In this document: one piece after another, positions 15,811 to 25,745 of the stretch
How the letters are laid out: every line of letters begins with the position of its first letter
Numbering within the stretch: the first letter of the stretch is position 1
Source: Stenotrophomonas maltophilia
Lineage (GTDB): Bacteria; Pseudomonadota; Gammaproteobacteria; Xanthomonadales; Xanthomonadaceae
NCBI GenBank assembly: GCA_002387845.1
Contig: DGLB01000074.1
Coordinates: 52,081-116,080, forward strand
Length of the DNA: 64,000 bases
Direction of reading: 5' to 3'
Position numbers and translations under genes: made by a program
Notes under the pieces: generated by a model
Told to the model about the DNA's origin: nothing
What the model saw: the letters and a program-made list of their open reading frames with translations, nothing else
Databases searched by the model: none

Positions 15811-17466
15811 ATGAAGATTCTCATCCTGGGTGGCTACGGCGTTTTCGGAGGCCGCCTGGCGCGGCTGCTCGCAGACCTCAACGGGCTCGAACTGCTGGTC
15901 TGCGGGCGCAATCTTTCCGCCGCCGAAGCCTTTTGTGCGTCCTATGTGGGGGGCCCCCACGTGCGCCCGCTTCGCATCGAACGCGCCAGCATCGCCACCG
16001 CGCTCGACCGCGAGCGCCCGGACCTGGTCGTGGACGCCTCCGGGCCGTTCCAGGACTATGGCGACAACGGCTACAGCGTCATTGAAGCCTGCATTGCCGC
16101 ACGCATCGATTACCTTGACTTCGCCGACGCCGCCGATTTCGTCTTTGGTGTTTCGCGGTTCGATGCTGCCGCCAAAGCCGCGGGCATCTTCGTACTCTCG
16201 GGCGTCAGCAGCTTCCCGGTCCTTACCGCCGCGGTACTGCGCGAGATGGCGAAGACCATGGAGGTGGGTTCGGTCGAGGGCGGCATTGCGCCGTCTCCCT
16301 ATGCCGGCATCGGCCTGAACGTCATGCGCGCGGTGGTCGGCTACGCCGGTTCGCCGGTGAAGCTGCAGCGCGACGGCCGCGCGGGGCAGGGTATCGGGCT
16401 GGCCGAAAGCCGGCGCTTCACCGTCGCCGTACCGGGCCGCCTGCCGCTGCGCAACCTGCACTTCTCGCTGGTGGATGTGCCCGATCTGCAGGTGCTGCCG
16501 CCAGAGCATCCCACCCTGACCGACATCTGGATGGGCGCGGGGCCGGTGCCGGAGGTTCTGCACCGGGTGCTGAATCTGCTGGCCAAGGCGCGTGCACGCT
16601 TCCATCTGCCGTCGCTGGAGCCGCTGTCGCCGCTGTTCTACCGGGTGTTGAACCTGATGAAGTTCGGCGAGCACCGCGGCGGCATGTATGTCCGTGCACG
16701 CGGCCAACATGCAGGTACGCCGGTGGAACTGAGCTGGCATCTGCTGGCTGAGGGCGATGACGGTCCGTACATTCCGTCAATGGCCATCGAGGCGGTGATC
16801 CGCAAGCTGGTGGGCGGTGAGCATCCCGCCGATGGTGCGCGGCCGGCCACGCACGCGCTGGAGCTGGCGGACTACGAAGCGTTGTTTGCGGGCCGTTCGA
16901 TCCACACCGGTTTCCGCCGCGAGCAGCCGGACGCCTCGCTGTATCCGCAGCTGCTGGGCAGCGCGTTCGGTGTGCTGCCGCCGCAGGTGCAGGCGCTGCA
17001 CCGTGGCAGCGAGGCGCGGCGCTGGAGTGGACGAGCGGATATCCGACGCGGCACGGGACTCATGGCGCGCGCCATCGCGGCGCTGATCGGATTTCCGAAG
17101 GCGGGAACGGATGTGCCGGTCAGCGTGGCGTTCACGCCGGAGCAGGGCGGGGAGCGATGGACACGCGATTTCGGAGGCCGGCGGTTCTCGTCATGGCAGC
17201 GGCGTGGACGCGGGCGCAGCGAGTACCTGCTGGTGGAGCGGTTCGGGGTGATGGACGTGGCGTTGGCGCTGGTGGTGGAGGGCGAACGGTTGCATCTGGT
17301 GCCGCGTCGCTGGTTCCTGCTCGGTGTGCCGATGCCGGGTTTCCTGTTGCCGCGCGGCACCACCTTTGAAACCGAGACCGAGGGCAAGTTCGTGTTCGAA
17401 GTGGAGATTGCCGCGCCGTTGATCGGTTTGATCGTCGGCTACCGCGGACAGTTGCTTCCTGCGTAG
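15811..17466 (+). CDS. Saccharopine dehydrogenase-like NAD(P)-binding protein fused to a DUF4166-like C-terminal domain
   Basis: MKILILGGYGVFGGRLARLL Rossmann motif. Long C-terminal extension as in Sacchrp_dh_NADP + DUF4166 proteins. Confidence 0.6.
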   Translation: MKILILGGYGVFGGRLARLLADLNGLELLVCGRNLSAAEAFCASYVGGPHVRPLRIERASIATALDRERPDLVVDASGPFQDYGDNGYSVIEACIAARIDYLDFADAADFVFGVSRFDAAAKAAGIFVLSGVSSFPVLTAAVLREMAKTMEVGSVEGGIAPSPYAGIGLNVMRAVVGYAGSPVKLQRDGRAGQGIGLAESRRFTVAVPGRLPLRNLHFSLVDVPDLQVLPPEHPTLTDIWMGAGPVPEVLHRVLNLLAKARARFHLPSLEPLSPLFYRVLNLMKFGEHRGGMYVRARGQHAGTPVELSWHLLAEGDDGPYIPSMAIEAVIRKLVGGEHPADGARPATHALELADYEALFAGRSIHTGFRREQPDASLYPQLLGSAFGVLPPQVQALHRGSEARRWSGRADIRRGTGLMARAIAALIGFPKAGTDVPVSVAFTPEQGGERWTRDFGGRRFSSWQRRGRGRSEYLLVERFGVMDVALALVVEGERLHLVPRRWFLLGVPMPGFLLPRGTTFETETEGKFVFEVEIAAPLIGLIVGYRGQLLPA

Positions 17467-17507
17467 ACAATCAAACAAAAAGGGCACCCGAAGGTGCCCT
17501 TTGTCGG

Positions 17508-19523
17508 TCAACGCCAGATCTTGATCTGGTCGTTGTCCACCCGCTGCATCGGCTGGCCCGGCTTGCAGGTGAACGTGGCTCCGAACGCCGGCAGGTTGCT
17601 CAGCGGCCCATTGGTGCGCCAGCGACCCGGTGCGCGGATGTCGCTGGTCAGGCGCTGCGCGGCCTCGTTCGGCGACAGCTGCTGCGGCCACAGCGCCGCC
17701 CAGGCGCGGAAGAAGCCCTGCTGCTGGGCCGGCTTGGCCTTCGGCTCCTGCGCCAGGTATGCGGCCCAGGCCAGCTCCACACCGGCGATGTCGGCCAGGT
17801 TTTCTTCCTGGGTGAGCGAACCATTCACCTTGGCCCCCTTCACGCCGGGGAAGTCATAGGCGCTGTACTGCGCGGCGACGCGGCTGCCGAGCAGGGTCCA
17901 GGCGGTCTTGTCGGCTGGCGTCCACCAGCTGCGCAGTTCGCCCTTGGCATCCACCAGGGCACCCTTGGCATCGACGGCACGGTTCAGTTCGTGCGCGACC
18001 AGTGCACCGAAACTGCCGAACTTGTCGGCGGCATCGGCCTTGGCGTTGAACACCGGGCCCTGCAGCGCGGCGGCCGTGACGATCAGGCGGTTCTGGGCGA
18101 TGTCGTAGGCCAGCGACGGCTGCTGCGGCAGCACGTCCCAGCGGCGGTCAGCGTTGCCCTTGCCGATCCGCTTCATTTCCTCGCGATGGCGCCAAGTGGA
18201 GGCGATCAGCATGTTGCCGCCGAAGCTGCCACGGCCCATCGGCTGCACGCTGTAGTCCAGGTCGCGCAGCGGCGTGCCGATCTCGATCTTCAGCGCGGCC
18301 AGCTTGGCCTGCGCCTCGCTCTTGGCTTCGGCACTCAGCCAACTGCTGTTCTTGACCGCGTCGATCTGCACCTCGCGCACCTTGTCGACGATCCAGGCCG
18401 CCTGGCGGCGGTCTTCGGCGGACAGATGACGGGCGGCGTATTCACGGCCGACCATCGGGCCGGCGGCCACGTTGATGGCGTTGAGCACCTGCTCCCAGCG
18501 CGCCGGGGCCAGGGTTTCGCCACGGATCACGCGGCCGCGGAACTCAAACTCCGCATCGCGGTAGGCCTTGGACAGGTACGGGGCCATCGCATCGCCCACG
18601 CGCCAGCGCAGGTAGGACTTCCACTGGTCCGGCTTGATCCGGGTGACCATGCCGTCCAGCGCCTTGAACAGGTTCGGGTCGGCCAGCGAGACCAGGTCGT
18701 CGTTGACGCCCTGCACCTTCAGGAACGCATCCAGCTGCAGGTTCTTGTAGCGGCTGTTGAGGTCCTTGGTGGAGATCGGCGCGTAGTTGTTGAACGGGTT
18801 GTTGATCCCGGCCAGCGACTGCGCGTTGCGCGCCAGTTCGGTTTCCAGCGCGATCACCGCCTGTGCTTCAGCATCCAGCTTGGCCGTCGGGGTGCCGGTC
18901 AGGGCCAGGATCTGCTTGACGTAGTTGCGGTAGCGGCCCATCAGCGCCACCGTGTCGGCGTCAGTGCGGGTATAGAAGGCCGGGTCCGGAAGACCCATGC
19001 CACCCTGCATGAAGTAGCCGATATGACGATCCAGCGCCTTCAGGTCCACGTCCGGGGCGAAGTTGAAGGCCACCGGAATGCCGACCTGGTGCAGGGCGGC
19101 GATCGAGGCCGGCACGTCCTTGGCCTTCTTGATGGCGTTGATGCGGTCCAGCAGCGGGGCGATCGGATTGGAGCCGTCGGCTTCCACCGCCGCTTCATCC
19201 AGGCCGCTGGCCCAGAAATCACCCAGCAGCTTCTGGGTGTTGCCCTGCGGCGCCTTCATCGCCGCGTCCAGCAGTTCACGCTGCTGCAGGCGGGTGCGGT
19301 CGGCCAGCTGGCCCAGCGCGGTGGTCGCGCCGGTCTGCGGCACCGGGTTGGCCTTCAGCCAGCCAGCGTTGGTGGCATCGTAGAAGTCAGTGCACTGTGC
19401 GCTGGCGGCCGGGGTACGGGCGGCCTTCTTCTTCGGCGCGGCGGAGGCATCGGTGATCACCAGGGACGCCAGCCCCAGACCCAGGGCAATGGCAAGCGGA
19501 CGAAGGTTGGGCATGCGAAACAA
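17508..19523 (-). CDS. M13-family (neprilysin/PepO-like) metallopeptidase homolog with degenerate zinc site (HELNR instead of HExxH; NAYY replaced by LAYD)
   Basis: Collinear with the adjacent canonical M13 enzyme. Has signal peptide and retains ENLADIAG (third zinc-ligand region). The HExxH second His is Arg (VAHELNRAVD). Confidence 0.7.
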   Translation of the reverse strand: MFRMPNLRPLAIALGLGLASLVITDASAAPKKKAARTPAASAQCTDFYDATNAGWLKANPVPQTGATTALGQLADRTRLQQRELLDAAMKAPQGNTQKLLGDFWASGLDEAAVEADGSNPIAPLLDRINAIKKAKDVPASIAALHQVGIPVAFNFAPDVDLKALDRHIGYFMQGGMGLPDPAFYTRTDADTVALMGRYRNYVKQILALTGTPTAKLDAEAQAVIALETELARNAQSLAGINNPFNNYAPISTKDLNSRYKNLQLDAFLKVQGVNDDLVSLADPNLFKALDGMVTRIKPDQWKSYLRWRVGDAMAPYLSKAYRDAEFEFRGRVIRGETLAPARWEQVLNAINVAAGPMVGREYAARHLSAEDRRQAAWIVDKVREVQIDAVKNSSWLSAEAKSEAQAKLAALKIEIGTPLRDLDYSVQPMGRGSFGGNMLIASTWRHREEMKRIGKGNADRRWDVLPQQPSLAYDIAQNRLIVTAAALQGPVFNAKADAADKFGSFGALVAHELNRAVDAKGALVDAKGELRSWWTPADKTAWTLLGSRVAAQYSAYDFPGVKGAKVNGSLTQEENLADIAGVELAWAAYLAQEPKAKPAQQQGFFRAWAALWPQQLSPNEAAQRLTSDIRAPGRWRTNGPLSNLPAFGATFTCKPGQPMQRVDNDQIKIWR

Positions 19524-19584
19524 ATCCGGTCGGATTGAAGACCGCAGAACTATACCAAGCCCGCATGAAAAGGCGGCATCGGCC

Positions 19585-19614
19585 CAAATACAAAGGCCCG
19601 GGAATCCCGGGCCT
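19585..19614 (-). terminator. Rho-independent terminator between the two M13 genes (for the upstream, canonical M13 gene)
   Basis: GGCCCGGG-aat-CCCGGGCC stem, followed on the minus strand by TTTGTATTTGGG. Confidence 0.6.
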
Positions 19615-19640
19615 CTGCATTCATACAGACCTGAAAGCGC

Positions 19641-21755
19641 TTACCAGATCACAACCTGTTGGTCGCCGGTGCGCACCATCGGCGCGCCGGGCTTGCACTC
19701 GAACGCGGCGGCGAAGGCCGGCAGGTTCGACGGCGCGCCCATCGCGCGGAACTGCGCCGGGGCGTGCGGGTCGGTGGCCAGGCGGACCTTGGCGTTTTCC
19801 GGGGTGTACTTGGTACGCCACACCGTCGCCCAGTTGAAGAAGAAGCGCTGGTCACGGCTGAAGCCGTCGACCTTGGCGTCTTCCTTGCCGGCCGACGCCT
19901 TCTGCAGCGCGTCGTAGGCGGTGGCCAGGCCACCCAGGTCGGCGATGTTTTCGCCCAGGGTCAGCTTGCCGTTGACCGCCTGCTCGCCCACCTTGTAACC
20001 GTCGAACTGCTTGACCAGCTTGCCGGTCAGGCCGCTGAAGTTCTTGGTGTCGGCGTCGGTCCACCAGTTCTCGAAGTTGCCGGTCGGCCCGAAGCGGCTG
20101 CCCTGGTCATCGTAACCGTGGGTCATTTCGTGGCCGATCACCGCGCCGATGCCGCCGTAGTTCAGCGCGTCGTCGGCCTTCGGGTCGAAGAACGGCGGCT
20201 GCAGGATGGCGGCCGGGAACACGATCTCGTTCTGCAGCGGGTTGTAGTACGCGTTCACCGTCTGCGGGGTCATGCCCCACTCGGTCTTGTCGACCGGCTT
20301 GCCGATCTTGGACAGGGCGAACTTGTAGTTGAACTCGTTGGCGGCGCGCACGTTGCCGAAGTAGCTGTCGCGCTGGGTGCTCAGGCCGCTCCAGTCACGC
20401 CACTTGTCCGGGTAACCGATCTTCGGGGTGAAGGTTTCCCACTTGGCAATCGCCTTGGCCTTGGTCTCGTCGCTCATCCAGGTCAGGCCCTGGATACGCT
20501 CCTTGAGCGAGGCGGCCAGGTTCTTGACCAGCTCTTCCATCTTGGCCTTGGATTCGGGCGAGAAGGCGACCTTCACGTACAGCTGGCCGAACGCTTCGCC
20601 GGCGTCGTTCTCGATGGTGCCCAGCACGCGCTTCCAGCGCGGCTTCTGTTCCTTCTGGCCGTTCAGGGTCTTGCCGTAGAAGTTGTAGCTCTCATCGGCG
20701 AAGGCATCGGCCAGGTACGGCGAGGCCGCGTCCACAGTGTGGAAGCGCAGGTAGGAACGCCACACCGACGGGTCGGTGTCGCCCAGCGCCTTGCTCACTT
20801 CCTGGTGGAAGGTCGGAATGGCGAGCGAGAACTTCTCCGGCGCGGCGATGCCCTGGGCCTTGAAGAACTCGGTCCAGCTGAAGTTCGGGGTCAGCTTGTC
20901 GGCGTCGGCCACGCTGACCGGGTTGTAGTACAGCGAGACGTCGCGCGAAAGCTGCTCGCTGGACTTGGAGGCCTTGGCCAGGCGGGTTTCGAACTTCACC
21001 ACGTCCGCCGCCTGCTTGGCAGCGTCGGCCGCGGCCACGCCGGACAGTTCCAGCACCTTGGCCACGTGGGCCTCATAGGCCTTGAGCTTGTCGGCGTTCT
21101 TGGCGTCGGTGTAGTAGGTGGTGTCCGGCAGGCCCAGGCCGCCCTGGCTGGCGTAGGCGATGTTCTGCGAGGAGTTCTTGAAGTCCGCTTCCGGGCCGAA
21201 GCCGAACAGCACGTTCTGGCCCTTGGCCGCGGAGCTGCGCAGGTAGTCGGCGATTGCCTCCTTGCTCTGCAGACCGTCGATGGCGGTCAGGTCGGCCTTG
21301 ATCGGCTCGATGCCCTGCGCGTTGATCTTGGCCTCGTCCATGCCGGTGGCCCAGAAGTCGCCGACGATCTTTTCGATGCCGGTCGGGTTCTTCACCGCGG
21401 CCACCTGTTCGGCCAGCTGGTGCTGCACGGCGACCGAGCGCTCGTCCAGAATGGTGAACGCGCCCCAGCTGGTGCGGTCGCCCGGAATTTCATTGGCGGC
21501 CAGCCACTTGCTGTTCACGTAATCGCCGAACGCGGTGCAGGCGTCCAGGTTCTTGTCCAGGTCGGACGGGTGGAAGGCGTTGTAGGCCGGCAGCTTGGCT
21601 TCGTCCAGCTTGAACGCGGTTTCCGCCGGGGCGGCCGTCGGCGTGGCGGTGGAGGCCGCGCTGTCCGTAGCCGGGGTGTCAGTCTTGCCGCAGCCGACCA
21701 GCGCGGCCGAAACGGCCAGGGTCAGCAGGACGATCTTGGGAGTGCGTGCGATCAC
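19641..21755 (-). CDS. M13-family zinc metallopeptidase lipoprotein (endothelin-converting enzyme/PepO-like), canonical active site
   Basis: VIGHEMTHGYDDQG (HExxH), ENIADLGG, NAYYNP. Lipobox LVGC. Start assigned to GTG 21755, preceded by GGAGG with an 8-nt spacer; the 1179-aa ORF upstream extension is non-coding. Confidence 0.8.
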   Translation of the reverse strand: MIARTPKIVLLTLAVSAALVGCGKTDTPATDSAASTATPTAAPAETAFKLDEAKLPAYNAFHPSDLDKNLDACTAFGDYVNSKWLAANEIPGDRTSWGAFTILDERSVAVQHQLAEQVAAVKNPTGIEKIVGDFWATGMDEAKINAQGIEPIKADLTAIDGLQSKEAIADYLRSSAAKGQNVLFGFGPEADFKNSSQNIAYASQGGLGLPDTTYYTDAKNADKLKAYEAHVAKVLELSGVAAADAAKQAADVVKFETRLAKASKSSEQLSRDVSLYYNPVSVADADKLTPNFSWTEFFKAQGIAAPEKFSLAIPTFHQEVSKALGDTDPSVWRSYLRFHTVDAASPYLADAFADESYNFYGKTLNGQKEQKPRWKRVLGTIENDAGEAFGQLYVKVAFSPESKAKMEELVKNLAASLKERIQGLTWMSDETKAKAIAKWETFTPKIGYPDKWRDWSGLSTQRDSYFGNVRAANEFNYKFALSKIGKPVDKTEWGMTPQTVNAYYNPLQNEIVFPAAILQPPFFDPKADDALNYGGIGAVIGHEMTHGYDDQGSRFGPTGNFENWWTDADTKNFSGLTGKLVKQFDGYKVGEQAVNGKLTLGENIADLGGLATAYDALQKASAGKEDAKVDGFSRDQRFFFNWATVWRTKYTPENAKVRLATDPHAPAQFRAMGAPSNLPAFAAAFECKPGAPMVRTGDQQVVIW

Positions 21756-21935
21756 GTAGTTGGCCTCCAGGCCGAAGATGCGTGCATGGGTTGCTCCTTG
21801 GCGGAGCGTGGGGCAGACGATACGCCGCTGGCCCGGCCTGCAAGGGTGTCGAAGGTCATGGGCGAAGGCAAGCGGCGGCATGTGAACGCGGCGCGCGGGG
21901 CGACAGCTGCGGCCCGGGCGGTGTATACAGCCACA

Positions 21936-23531
21936 ATGAGCAAAGCCACGACGGGTGTGTGGGACGCGGTCATCATCGGCGGCGGGCATAACGGCCTGGT
22001 CTGCGCGGCCTACCTGGCCCGGGCAGGAAAGCGCGTATTGGTGCTGGAGCGCCGTGGCGTGGTCGGCGGGGCGGCGGTGACCGAGGAGTTCCACCCTGGT
22101 TTCCGCAATTCGGTGGCCTCTTATACGGTGTCGCTGCTGCAGCCCAAGGTCATTGCCGACCTGGACCTGGCCGTGCATGGGTTGCGCGTGGTTCCGCGCC
22201 GGATCAACAACTTCCTGCCGCTGGAGGGAGATTACCTGCTGGCAGGTCCGGGGCAGACCGCGGCGCAGGTTGCGCGTTTCTCCGCGCGTGATGCGGCCCG
22301 GCTGCCGGTGTTCGAGCAGCGCCTGGAGGCCTTTGCCGATGTGCTGCGCGATACCGCGCTGCAGCCCCCTCCGAACGTGGGCGAGGGCAGTTGGCTGCGG
22401 CAGCTGCCCGAGTTGTGGCGGGCGGGGCAGCTGGGTCGCCGCCTGCACGGCCTGGAGCCGGCGCTGCGGCAGGAACTGCTGGATCTGTTCACCATCTCCG
22501 CGTCGGAGTATCTGGACCGGTGGTTTGACAGTGAGCCGATCAAGGCGCTGTTCGGGTTTGATGGCATCGTCGGCAACTACGCCAGCCCGCATGCACCGGG
22601 CACGGCGTATGTACTGCTGCATCACGCCTTTGGCGAAAGCAACGGGGTGAAAGGGGCATGGGGTCATGCCATTGGTGGCATGGGCGCGATCACCCAGGCA
22701 ATGGCGCGCGCTGCAGAGGCCGCCGGCGCGCAGATTCGTGTGACTGCCGGGGTACGTCGCGTGCGGGTCGAGCAGGGGCATGCGGTGGGCGTGGAAACCG
22801 AAGCCGGCGAGCTGATCCGTGCACGCGCGGTGGTGGCCAACGTCAATCCCAAGCTGCTTTACGAACGCCTGCTGGCACCGGAACACGTGCCGCCCGCTAC
22901 CCGTGAACGCATGGCCAACTGGCGCTGTGCCTCCGGCACCTTCCGGATGAACGTGGCGCTGTCGGCGCTGCCCGATTTCACGGTGCTGCCAGGCGCGGGC
23001 GACCATCTCACCGCCGGCATCATCATCGCGCCCACGCTGGCCTACATGGACCGTGCTTACAGCGATGCACGCGAATACGGTTGGTCGCGCGCACCGATTG
23101 TGGAAATGCTGATTCCCAGCACGCTGGACGACTCGCTCGCTCCGCCCGGGCAGCATGTCGCCAGCCTGTTCTGCCAGCACGTCGCACCGGTGCTGTCAGG
23201 TGGGCGCAGCTGGGATGACCATCGCGAGGAGGTGGCGGACCTGATGATCGCCACGGTGGAGCAGCACGCGCCCGGTTTCAGCCAGCTGGTGCTCGGACGG
23301 CAGGTGTTGAGCCCGCTGGATCTGGAGCGTACGTTCGGGCTGATCGGCGGCGACATCTTCCACGGCGCACTCAGCCTCAACCAGTTGTTCAGTGCACGGC
23401 CGATGCTGGGGCAGGCGGACTATCGTGGGGCGCTGCCGGGGTTGTATCTGTGTGGTTCGGGCACGCACCCGGGCGGCGGCGTAACCGGGGCACCCGGGCA
23501 CAATGCGGCGCGGGTGATCCTGGCGGATTGA
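21936..23531 (+). CDS. FAD/NAD(P)-dependent oxidoreductase, phytoene-desaturase (CrtI)-like
   Basis: MSKATTGVWDAVIIGGGHNGLVCAAYLARAG dinucleotide-binding motif. About 530 aa, typical of CrtI-family amine oxidase-like proteins. The upstream part of the 1290-aa ORF is antisense to the M13 gene and is rejected. Confidence 0.7.
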   Translation: MSKATTGVWDAVIIGGGHNGLVCAAYLARAGKRVLVLERRGVVGGAAVTEEFHPGFRNSVASYTVSLLQPKVIADLDLAVHGLRVVPRRINNFLPLEGDYLLAGPGQTAAQVARFSARDAARLPVFEQRLEAFADVLRDTALQPPPNVGEGSWLRQLPELWRAGQLGRRLHGLEPALRQELLDLFTISASEYLDRWFDSEPIKALFGFDGIVGNYASPHAPGTAYVLLHHAFGESNGVKGAWGHAIGGMGAITQAMARAAEAAGAQIRVTAGVRRVRVEQGHAVGVETEAGELIRARAVVANVNPKLLYERLLAPEHVPPATRERMANWRCASGTFRMNVALSALPDFTVLPGAGDHLTAGIIIAPTLAYMDRAYSDAREYGWSRAPIVEMLIPSTLDDSLAPPGQHVASLFCQHVAPVLSGGRSWDDHREEVADLMIATVEQHAPGFSQLVLGRQVLSPLDLERTFGLIGGDIFHGALSLNQLFSARPMLGQADYRGALPGLYLCGSGTHPGGGVTGAPGHNAARVILAD

Positions 23532-23537
23532 TGCGGT

Positions 23538-23605
23538 GTGGACGCGCATGGCGCGTCCACACGCGGTGCATGAGAAGACGGTGGCACGCACGCGGCGTGC
23601 CACCG
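23538..23605. repeat. Two REP-like hairpins (GTGGACGCGC-atg-GCGCGTCCAC and GGTGGCACGC-acg-CGGCGTGCCACC) between convergent genes; likely a bidirectional terminator
   Basis: Perfect inverted repeats read directly from the sequence. Confidence 0.6.
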
Positions 23606-23615
23606 GTTCAATCTC

Positions 23616-25649
23616 CTACAACCCGCCGCCACCACACCCCTTGGTGAGGTAATCATCAATCAGCTTCAACTGGTCACCCATGATCGCCCGCGTCCATGCC
23701 GGCCCATGTGCGTAATCGGCGATGGCGTGATACTCCACCGGCTGGCCGGAGTTCTTGGCCTTGGCCACGAACCATTCCGACTGTTCGATCGGCACGGTAC
23801 GGTCGCGATCACCGTGATAGACCATCAACGGAATCTTCATCTCACCGGCCTTGTCCAGCGGATTCAGGCCGTCGACCGTCTTGGCCTGCGCCTGGCGGAA
23901 GAACGGGTTGGTGTAGAACCGCGACCAGATCTTCTTGATGTCGGACACGCCGGCACCGGCAATCGCGCACTTGTACAGGCCGTTCGGGCGCACCGAGGCG
24001 GCGAAGGCCGAATAGCCACCGTAGGAGAAGCCGAACATGGCGATATGGCCGGGCTGGGCGATCTTCTGATCGATCATCCACTTGGCACCATCATCCTTGT
24101 CGTCCTGCATCTTCTGGCCCCACTCGGCGTCGCCCGCCATCCACAGCTTCCGGCTCCAATCCGCCGAGCCACGGAACTGCGGACGCAATACCGCCATGCA
24201 GCGCGAGGCCATCAGCGGCACCCACATCGAGCCGTCGAAGTCCATGCCGTCTCGTGCCCACGGGCCACCATGCGGATGCACGACCGCCTTCCACGGGCCG
24301 GCCCCGCACAGTTCGGTGTTCGGGGTGGTCAGGAAGGCGGGAATGTCCAGGCCATCGCGGGCCTTGTAGTACACCAGCTTGGTATCACCCAGCGCGGCTG
24401 GGTCGATCTGCGGGTAGGACTTGGCCAGCAGCTCCAGCTTGCCGTCCTTGAGCAGGTAGTACTCCGGCGCATTGGCCGGACCGGAAACCGCCAGCACGAA
24501 GGTTTTGAAGTCGGCGCTGTAATCGAGTACGCGCACCGACTTGCCGGTGTCCGCCTGGGTGGTGGCCTGCTGACCGGTTGCCGGGTCCACCAGGGTCACG
24601 GCGCTGGACTGGATCCCCAATGCCTGGCGAACGCCTTGGTTCAGCCCCTTCATGGCCGGGTGGGTCCACTCGACCTCGTTCTCACGCGGGCCGCTGTAGC
24701 CCACGCCGAGCAGCGCACCGAACGGCACGCCTTCGACACCCTTGTAATGGTTCACGTATACCGAGCCGGCATTGAAGAACTTGTGCTCGTACAGCACTTC
24801 CTTCTGCTTGCGGGCGGCGATGTCGTATTCGTAGATGACGGTCTTGTCGCGACCGACATTGCTCTGGATGAACGCAATGTTCGGGTCATCGGCAAAGCCG
24901 ACCACCTGGCTGATATCGCGGTCTTTCACGTGCGAGCGGAAGTGCTCTTCCCAGGCATTGGTGGCCGGGTTGCGGAACTCCGTGGAGACATACGCACCGA
25001 CGCTGTCCACGTCTTGGCGCAGGCGTGCGCGCAGTTCGCTGTTGAGGTCGGTGAGATAGCCGGCCACGCGCTCTTCGGTCTTCTGGATGCGCTGGGAGGT
25101 GAAGCTGCGCAGGTTGACCTTGTAGACGTCGCCCGAGTTGCTGCCAGCGCCGTTGATCACCAGGATGTGGTCGGGGTCGTTGGGCAGCGTGTCCAGCACG
25201 GTGGCGTTGGAAAGCGCCTGCTCCAGTTCTTCACTGCGGCTGGTGGCACGCGGAACGCTGATCGGTTCCTTCCACTGCTTGCCTTCGGTGTCGGTGATGA
25301 AGAACTTGCTGATGAAGGTCTTGTTGACCCGGTCGGTGCGCAGGTCGTACGGCTGCCACAAGGTGACGGCCAGCAGCCCGTTCTTGATGAAACGGACACT
25401 CTGGAACTTCATGCGGCCCGCACCAATGGTGGTGGGGGCGGCGGAAAGGTCGGCGGTCTTCCAGACCAGGATGACCCGTTCTTCACCGCGGGCCTGCAGG
25501 CCGGCGATCTGGGTGCCGTCGGGCGACACGGAAAGGCTGGAGAGGGCCGGGAATGCGGCCAGCTGCTCGATCGTGGGCACTGCCGGCTTGGCGTTGAGCT
25601 GCAGCGGCGCAGCCACGGCCAGCGCGGCTAACAGAAGGTATTGCTTCAT
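23616..25649 (-). CDS. S9-family serine peptidase (prolyl oligopeptidase/dipeptidyl aminopeptidase-like) with N-terminal beta-propeller, secreted
   Basis: Catalytic serine nucleophile motif GFSYGGY, Asp in HGDRDRTVP, His in YAHG. Signal peptide MKQYLLLAALAVAAPLQLNA. Start placed at 25649. Confidence 0.8.
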   Translation of the reverse strand: MKQYLLLAALAVAAPLQLNAKPAVPTIEQLAAFPALSSLSVSPDGTQIAGLQARGEERVILVWKTADLSAAPTTIGAGRMKFQSVRFIKNGLLAVTLWQPYDLRTDRVNKTFISKFFITDTEGKQWKEPISVPRATSRSEELEQALSNATVLDTLPNDPDHILVINGAGSNSGDVYKVNLRSFTSQRIQKTEERVAGYLTDLNSELRARLRQDVDSVGAYVSTEFRNPATNAWEEHFRSHVKDRDISQVVGFADDPNIAFIQSNVGRDKTVIYEYDIAARKQKEVLYEHKFFNAGSVYVNHYKGVEGVPFGALLGVGYSGPRENEVEWTHPAMKGLNQGVRQALGIQSSAVTLVDPATGQQATTQADTGKSVRVLDYSADFKTFVLAVSGPANAPEYYLLKDGKLELLAKSYPQIDPAALGDTKLVYYKARDGLDIPAFLTTPNTELCGAGPWKAVVHPHGGPWARDGMDFDGSMWVPLMASRCMAVLRPQFRGSADWSRKLWMAGDAEWGQKMQDDKDDGAKWMIDQKIAQPGHIAMFGFSYGGYSAFAASVRPNGLYKCAIAGAGVSDIKKIWSRFYTNPFFRQAQAKTVDGLNPLDKAGEMKIPLMVYHGDRDRTVPIEQSEWFVAKAKNSGQPVEYHAIADYAHGPAWTRAIMGDQLKLIDDYLTKGCGGGGL

Positions 25650-25745
25650 GCGACGTCTCACTGTGTCCATGCAATGGGAGGGCAGGCCTGTGCGCTGCCC
25701 AAAACGCAGCCGCCGCCCCGAAGGGCGGCGGCCGGTGACGCAGGC

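Noticed and set aside
19641-23180. 1179-aa minus ORF and 1290-aa plus ORF (19659-23531) spanning the M13 / CrtI-like region
   Set aside because: Only the C-terminal 704 aa (to GTG 21755, preceded by GGAGG, with lipoprotein signal) of the minus ORF and only 21936-23531 of the plus ORF carry recognisable domains. The remainder of each is antisense to the other's real gene.
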